Shown in pieces: positions 63,749 to 64,000 of a DNA stretch of 64,000 nt; position 1 is the stretch's first letter, and each line of letters starts with the position of its first letter. The notes beneath the pieces are model-generated. The model saw only the letters and a program-made list of their open reading frames with translations, was not told the origin of the DNA and searched no databases. The translations under genes and the position numbers were made by a program. Source of the DNA: Nitrospirota bacterium (lineage in GTDB: Bacteria > Nitrospirota > Nitrospiria > Nitrospirales > Nitrospiraceae); assembly GCA_963703955.1 (NCBI GenBank), contig CAVPGK010000017.1, positions 224,001-288,000 of the forward strand, in the 5' to 3' direction.

Positions 63749-64000
63749 ATGATTCTCGCTGGAGATATCGGAGGAACCAAGACTCATCTCGCCTTATTCG
63801 ACTGGAACGAGCGGGTCGAGCCGGTTCGGCAGCGCACGTTCGCCAGCGGGGACTATCAGTCCTTTGAAGAAATCCTCGATGAATTCTTAAAGCTTCCTCC
63901 CCAACCGGCCAAAGAACCTTCGGCCGATGAGGCCGCCGAGCCTGTTGCAGACGCAAGCCTCCCGCAAGAGCCGGTCAAGATCGAGGCCGCCTGCTTCGGC
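63749..64000 (+). CDS. glk: Glucokinase, 5' part (runs off window)
   Basis: MILAGDIGGTKT ... AACFG. Confidence 0.9.
   Translation, partial: MILAGDIGGTKTHLALFDWNERVEPVRQRTFASGDYQSFEEILDEFLKLPPQPAKEPSADEAAEPVADASLPQEPVKIEAACFG

Overview
A GC-rich bacterial chromosome segment, probably Nitrospirota (Nitrospira-like); this is inferred from gene content and order, not from a marker search. The right third is the conserved origin-proximal block on the minus strand: rpmH-rnpA-yidD-yidC-mnmE-mnmG-rsmG-parA-parB-bactofilin-mnmA-atpHAGDC, with two perfect parS palindromes but no dnaA. It is followed by a sigma54-led envelope cluster (small Lys-rich secreted protein, helical lipoprotein, three L,D-transpeptidase-family genes) and a pgi remnant-pgl-glk run. 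The left third holds envelope and housekeeping genes: two CpoB/YbgF-like TPR proteins, a lytic transglycosylase, Ku plus a MerR-TPR gene, a PEP-CTERM protein, OMP barrels, galE, NDH-2, corA, anmK, a Znu-like ABC transporter and rluD. The most notable region is 22.4-42.0 kb. Five stand-alone DUF3365/Tll0287-like mono-haem c proteins, two single-domain response regulators and two histidine kinases (one with a Rossmann-like input) enclose an Anbu / CP-ATP-grasp / alpha-E / transglutaminase / zincin system. Three sigma54 promoters there share a tandem upstream motif at near-fixed spacing. Several MITE-like elements share a nested GC-rich core. Frameshifts in atpD, the transglutaminase and an OMP look like sequencing errors. 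No rRNA, tRNA, CRISPR array or transposase was recognised. All family assignments are by motif recognition; no database searches were run.
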